A stretch of DNA of 64,000 bases from Schizosaccharomyces osmophilus (taxonomy: Eukaryota). Shown here in pieces: positions 61,013 to 64,000 of this stretch. Made by a program: the position numbers and the translations under genes. Under the pieces are notes generated by a model. It worked only from the letters and a program-made list of their open reading frames with translations, ran no database searches and was not told the DNA's origin. Position 1 is the first letter of the stretch, and each line of letters opens with the position of its first letter. The stretch is taken from NCBI RefSeq assembly GCF_027921745.1, contig NC_079240.1:372001-436000 (forward strand), written 5' to 3'.

Positions 61013-62173
61013 TTATTGCTGACGGCACTCAGCGGGGTTTTGCTTAGAGTGAGCAGTTCGATCTTCGTCCTCGTTCTCCGAGCTATCATCCTCAGAATCG
61101 GAAAAGTTTTCGTTAGAAGATGATTCAGCATCCTCGTCGTCATCTTCAACATCAAGATCACCAAACTCATCATAATCCTCCAAGGCTTCACCAGTAAACC
61201 AATCGACTGCGCGAGGAATGAGTTTCTCTTTAAAATCCTCACCAATTTGATAATCAAGCTCCAAAAGTTCATCCAATCCTGGATTTTCTTCTTCCTCGTC
61301 TTCCATTTGAGGAGGGCTAAAGAAGTTAAAAAAACTATCCCGAGGTTCGGAAACCTTGACGGTACGAGTTTGCTTGGTGTTTTTGTTACGTTGCTTCTTC
61401 ACTACAGTGCGAATGGTCAGGTCTGCATTGGGACGCCATTGAATTTCGTCTCCCTTGGCACTGCCATACATAAACACATTAGAGGCACCAGTTTCTTCCA
61501 AGTAGTAATAACTCTTCGTCAATACTTTATTAGAAAAAAATGGATTTTCCTCAAACTCAAATTGTAACTGGAAACCAGGCTTTTCCATGTAAACAAGACG
61601 GACATCAATAAGGTGTCTTAACGCCTTCTCGTCTTCAGGTGTAATCATTTCAGAAAGAGATAAAACATTTTTCATTGCAGTCAACCAAAATTCAGGAATT
61701 CCTTTCATTTGCTGATCCTTTTGATTCTTCCCTTCTAAGGCCTTGGACACTTCCTCGCCTTCAGGAATTCCCTTCTTGATTTCTTCCTCAGAAGGCTCCT
61801 TTTCGCCGTGAACGAGTTCACGTCGTCTTTCGAAGAGAGGTCCATACTTTTTAGCAAATGTCTTTTCCAATTCAAAGAGCTCTCGTTGAAATTGAAGTTC
61901 CAGTGAAGAGTATTGCTTTTGTAAACCTTTTAAACTTGAAATTCGTTTTTGAACAGAGGTTGGCAATTCTGAAATTCTTTGCGAAGTAAGGTTGCGCAAA
62001 GAATCCAATCTACCATCAATAGCTTCTAAATCTTCATCACCTTCGTCAATCGTTTTAAATTGAGGTTCCTTTACTCCAAATGTAGTGTTGTTTGCACTTG
62101 AAGGAGTATTCTGGGGTGTCGGCGCTGCCGACATTTTTCCAGACCGATTTTTAATATCCACTTTTTCCACCAT
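61013..62173 (-). CDS. nap1: Histone chaperone Nap1
   Basis: [42 protein letters not shown], acidic tail ending ECRQQ. Confidence 0.95.
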   Translation of the reverse strand: MVEKVDIKNRSGKMSAAPTPQNTPSSANNTTFGVKEPQFKTIDEGDEDLEAIDGRLDSLRNLTSQRISELPTSVQKRISSLKGLQKQYSSLELQFQRELFELEKTFAKKYGPLFERRRELVHGEKEPSEEEIKKGIPEGEEVSKALEGKNQKDQQMKGIPEFWLTAMKNVLSLSEMITPEDEKALRHLIDVRLVYMEKPGFQLQFEFEENPFFSNKVLTKSYYYLEETGASNVFMYGSAKGDEIQWRPNADLTIRTVVKKQRNKNTKQTRTVKVSEPRDSFFNFFSPPQMEDEEEENPGLDELLELDYQIGEDFKEKLIPRAVDWFTGEALEDYDEFGDLDVEDDDEDAESSSNENFSDSEDDSSENEDEDRTAHSKQNPAECRQQ

Positions 62174-62617
62174 TTTACAACTTAATTTTAAGTTCAAAAA
62201 CCACTGCAGCTACAACTACAAGGGCGTTGTTGGCTAATGGAAAGAATCTATGCTGCCTTTCGCAGGAACTTAACGCATCTTTGAGGCACTTTGTTACTCA
62301 GGTTCATTCTTAGATAATGTGTATTTACAATGCGTTTTGCAAATTAAATATATATAAAATAAAAGAAAGAATTCTATATAAATATTCCTCTTATTTCCTT
62401 TTGTTTTTCGACTATTAATGTCGAAGGTTGTTGGTAGAGTTCATTCCTCATTAATTGTATTTGATAAAAAAAAAAAAAAAAAAAAAATAAATCATCATTA
62501 TAACTGTTAACACATTGCTTGAGGTGAAAGATGTTGGCATAAATGTGCTTGTACCTCATTTTCCCCGTTCATACAATGAAATAGCTAAAGAACTATGTAC
62601 AACAATATAGTGTTTCA

Positions 62618-64000
62618 TTAGAAATTGCTGTGATTTGGTGGCTTCTTCAATGTAACATTTCTTCGATTTACGGCCAAAAACAATGATTCTGTTTGCCTTG
62701 ATACAGTTTTCACCAAAGCAGTCTTTACGTGAGATTCATGTAATCGCTGTGCATTCTTTCTTTGGAGGACACACAAATAGTCTGCAACGCAACTGAGATT
62801 CCAATCATCTGGAATTGTGCTGGTCACGAACAAAAGTGAATAATATGACGCTCTGCGATGCAACAAATCTTGAACATAGACACTGCATGACGGTCCGGTG
62901 GATATGCTTCTTTTTAAGAGAGTGTTCCAACAAGTAGAGTATACATCTTCAATTTTCTGACAGTACAATTCTGCGCCTTTATAATCATTCACGCATTCTA
63001 TTAAAACAGTCAATGCTTCCTCATACTTACCCTTCTTATGGCAAAACGTATGCTGTAGCTGAGGAAATAGACCGAGTCGTTTTGAAGAATTAGTTTGTAG
63101 AAAAAGTTCAAAATTATCAATTGCTTCCTCATCCAAGTTTTCCATCAAGCTAATAGAATACAAATAATAAAATGAGAGATGATTGTCGCAATCATTCATA
63201 TTACCAAACTGGGTAGCCACATACTGCGCAAATATCGGCCTTTCCAAACAAGGGAATCTTCGATAATCATCAATGAAAGCTTCTAATCGGCACCGATATT
63301 CTTCATGTCTCACAAAGCCATCTAGTAATTTATTCACGCAAAGCTCCAATATCAATTCTTGATGTGCTACTGAATTTGATTTGACCAAGTACTCAATTAA
63401 AACACTATCGTTTGATGTACTTAGATTAGTTAAGACATCGTCACCTGATATAGAACCACAACGCGTTTTGTCTAGCAAAAGTCCAGTTCCTTCGCCAGTG
63501 TTTTCAGAACATAACCAGTTCGCATACTTCCAAAAGAGAGAAAGATCAATATCTTTCATTAAACATACTCGCATTTTGGTAATCACATTTTGAGATCGCT
63601 CATCATGTATTTCCCCTAAAACCAGCTTTTTCCACAATTCTAACGTTTCAGAATCTTTATGCATTCCCATCAATAGTATTGCCAGCAAGTAATTTTCTTG
63701 TTTTTCAGAAAGTAAATGTCTAATGTCATCAGGGTTTGTCAGACCAGACTCTATGAGTTCTTCAGCATTTTTGGTTCCTTCTGCCACATCTTCCATGCTC
63801 AAATATAAATTCAATAATACATGATCCACAGCAAGAGCGATGTCACTTTTCGAAGAAATTAAATACTCGAATAAATTAACGTTTCGTTTATAGTTTTTCA
63901 AGTAGCGCATCAGCATAATGTATGCATTTTCCTTCGTGATCTCGATCATTTGTTTCTGAGTATATTCATCTGTCTCCCGAAAAAGATCATTTAAGGATAG
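62618..64000 (-). CDS. vps3: CORVET subunit Vps3 (Vps39/TGFBRAP1 family), 3' part only
   Basis: Alpha-solenoid with 'GKYEEALTVL..DYKGAELYC' and 'IPDDWNL..VADYL'. It runs off the window end; the name also rests on recalled synteny with nap1. Confidence 0.75.
   Translation of the reverse strand, partial: LSLNDLFRETDEYTQKQMIEITKENAYIMLMRYLKNYKRNVNLFEYLISSKSDIALAVDHVLLNLYLSMEDVAEGTKNAEELIESGLTNPDDIRHLLSEKQENYLLAILLMGMHKDSETLELWKKLVLGEIHDERSQNVITKMRVCLMKDIDLSLFWKYANWLCSENTGEGTGLLLDKTRCGSISGDDVLTNLSTSNDSVLIEYLVKSNSVAHQELILELCVNKLLDGFVRHEEYRCRLEAFIDDYRRFPCLERPIFAQYVATQFGNMNDCDNHLSFYYLYSISLMENLDEEAIDNFELFLQTNSSKRLGLFPQLQHTFCHKKGKYEEALTVLIECVNDYKGAELYCQKIEDVYSTCWNTLLKRSISTGPSCSVYVQDLLHRRASYYSLLFVTSTIPDDWNLSCVADYLCVLQRKNAQRLHESHVKTALVKTVSRQTESLFLAVNRRNVTLKKPPNHSNF

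Noticed and set aside
61013..61030. CaaX-like ECRQQ end of Nap1
   Set aside because: This is a known conserved feature of the NAP1 family, not novel.
1..64000. Tf/LTR retrotransposons, 5S rDNA, CRISPR arrays, horizontally acquired cassettes
   Set aside because: I recognised no terminal repeats, retroelement ORFs, repeat-spacer arrays or compositional islands.

Overview
This is gene-dense, AT-rich fission-yeast chromosomal DNA with short GT..AG introns and YTRAY branch sites. The proteins resemble, but differ from, the S. pombe chromosome III genes of cosmids c306/c1682/c4G3/c364 as I recall them. The source is most plausibly a non-pombe Schizosaccharomyces (octosporus/cryophilus/osmophilus group); the species cannot be fixed from this window. 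It holds 31 recognisable protein genes: yip3, rpt4, mug122, rpl19, laf2, ubp16, ctl1, rpn8, ggc1, mpf2, ssl1, rix1, hdd1, a methyltransferase-Rib2 fusion, not2, mdj1, cue1, a RING-H2 E3, nur1, rhp42, gyp3, psk1, phf1, mrpl4, mus81, coq5, a WD40 gene, aph1, ser3, nap1 and vps3. There is also one tRNA-Ser(AGA). I recognised no transposon, wtf/5S rDNA or CRISPR element. Most notable observations: (1) a multi-exon signal-peptide/multi-TM (GOST/Ptm1-like) locus at 36.3-37.6 kb, broken by in-frame TAG/TGA stops and preceded by a forkhead/FLEX site; (2) a non-canonical GC-AG intron in aph1; (3) a SAM-methyltransferase::deaminase fusion; (4) several exact FLEX 11-mers, one in gene-free DNA; (5) an apparent inversion breakpoint relative to S. 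pombe between ssl1 and rix1. Gene names come from recalled similarity, not database searches. I found no clearly novel multi-gene system.
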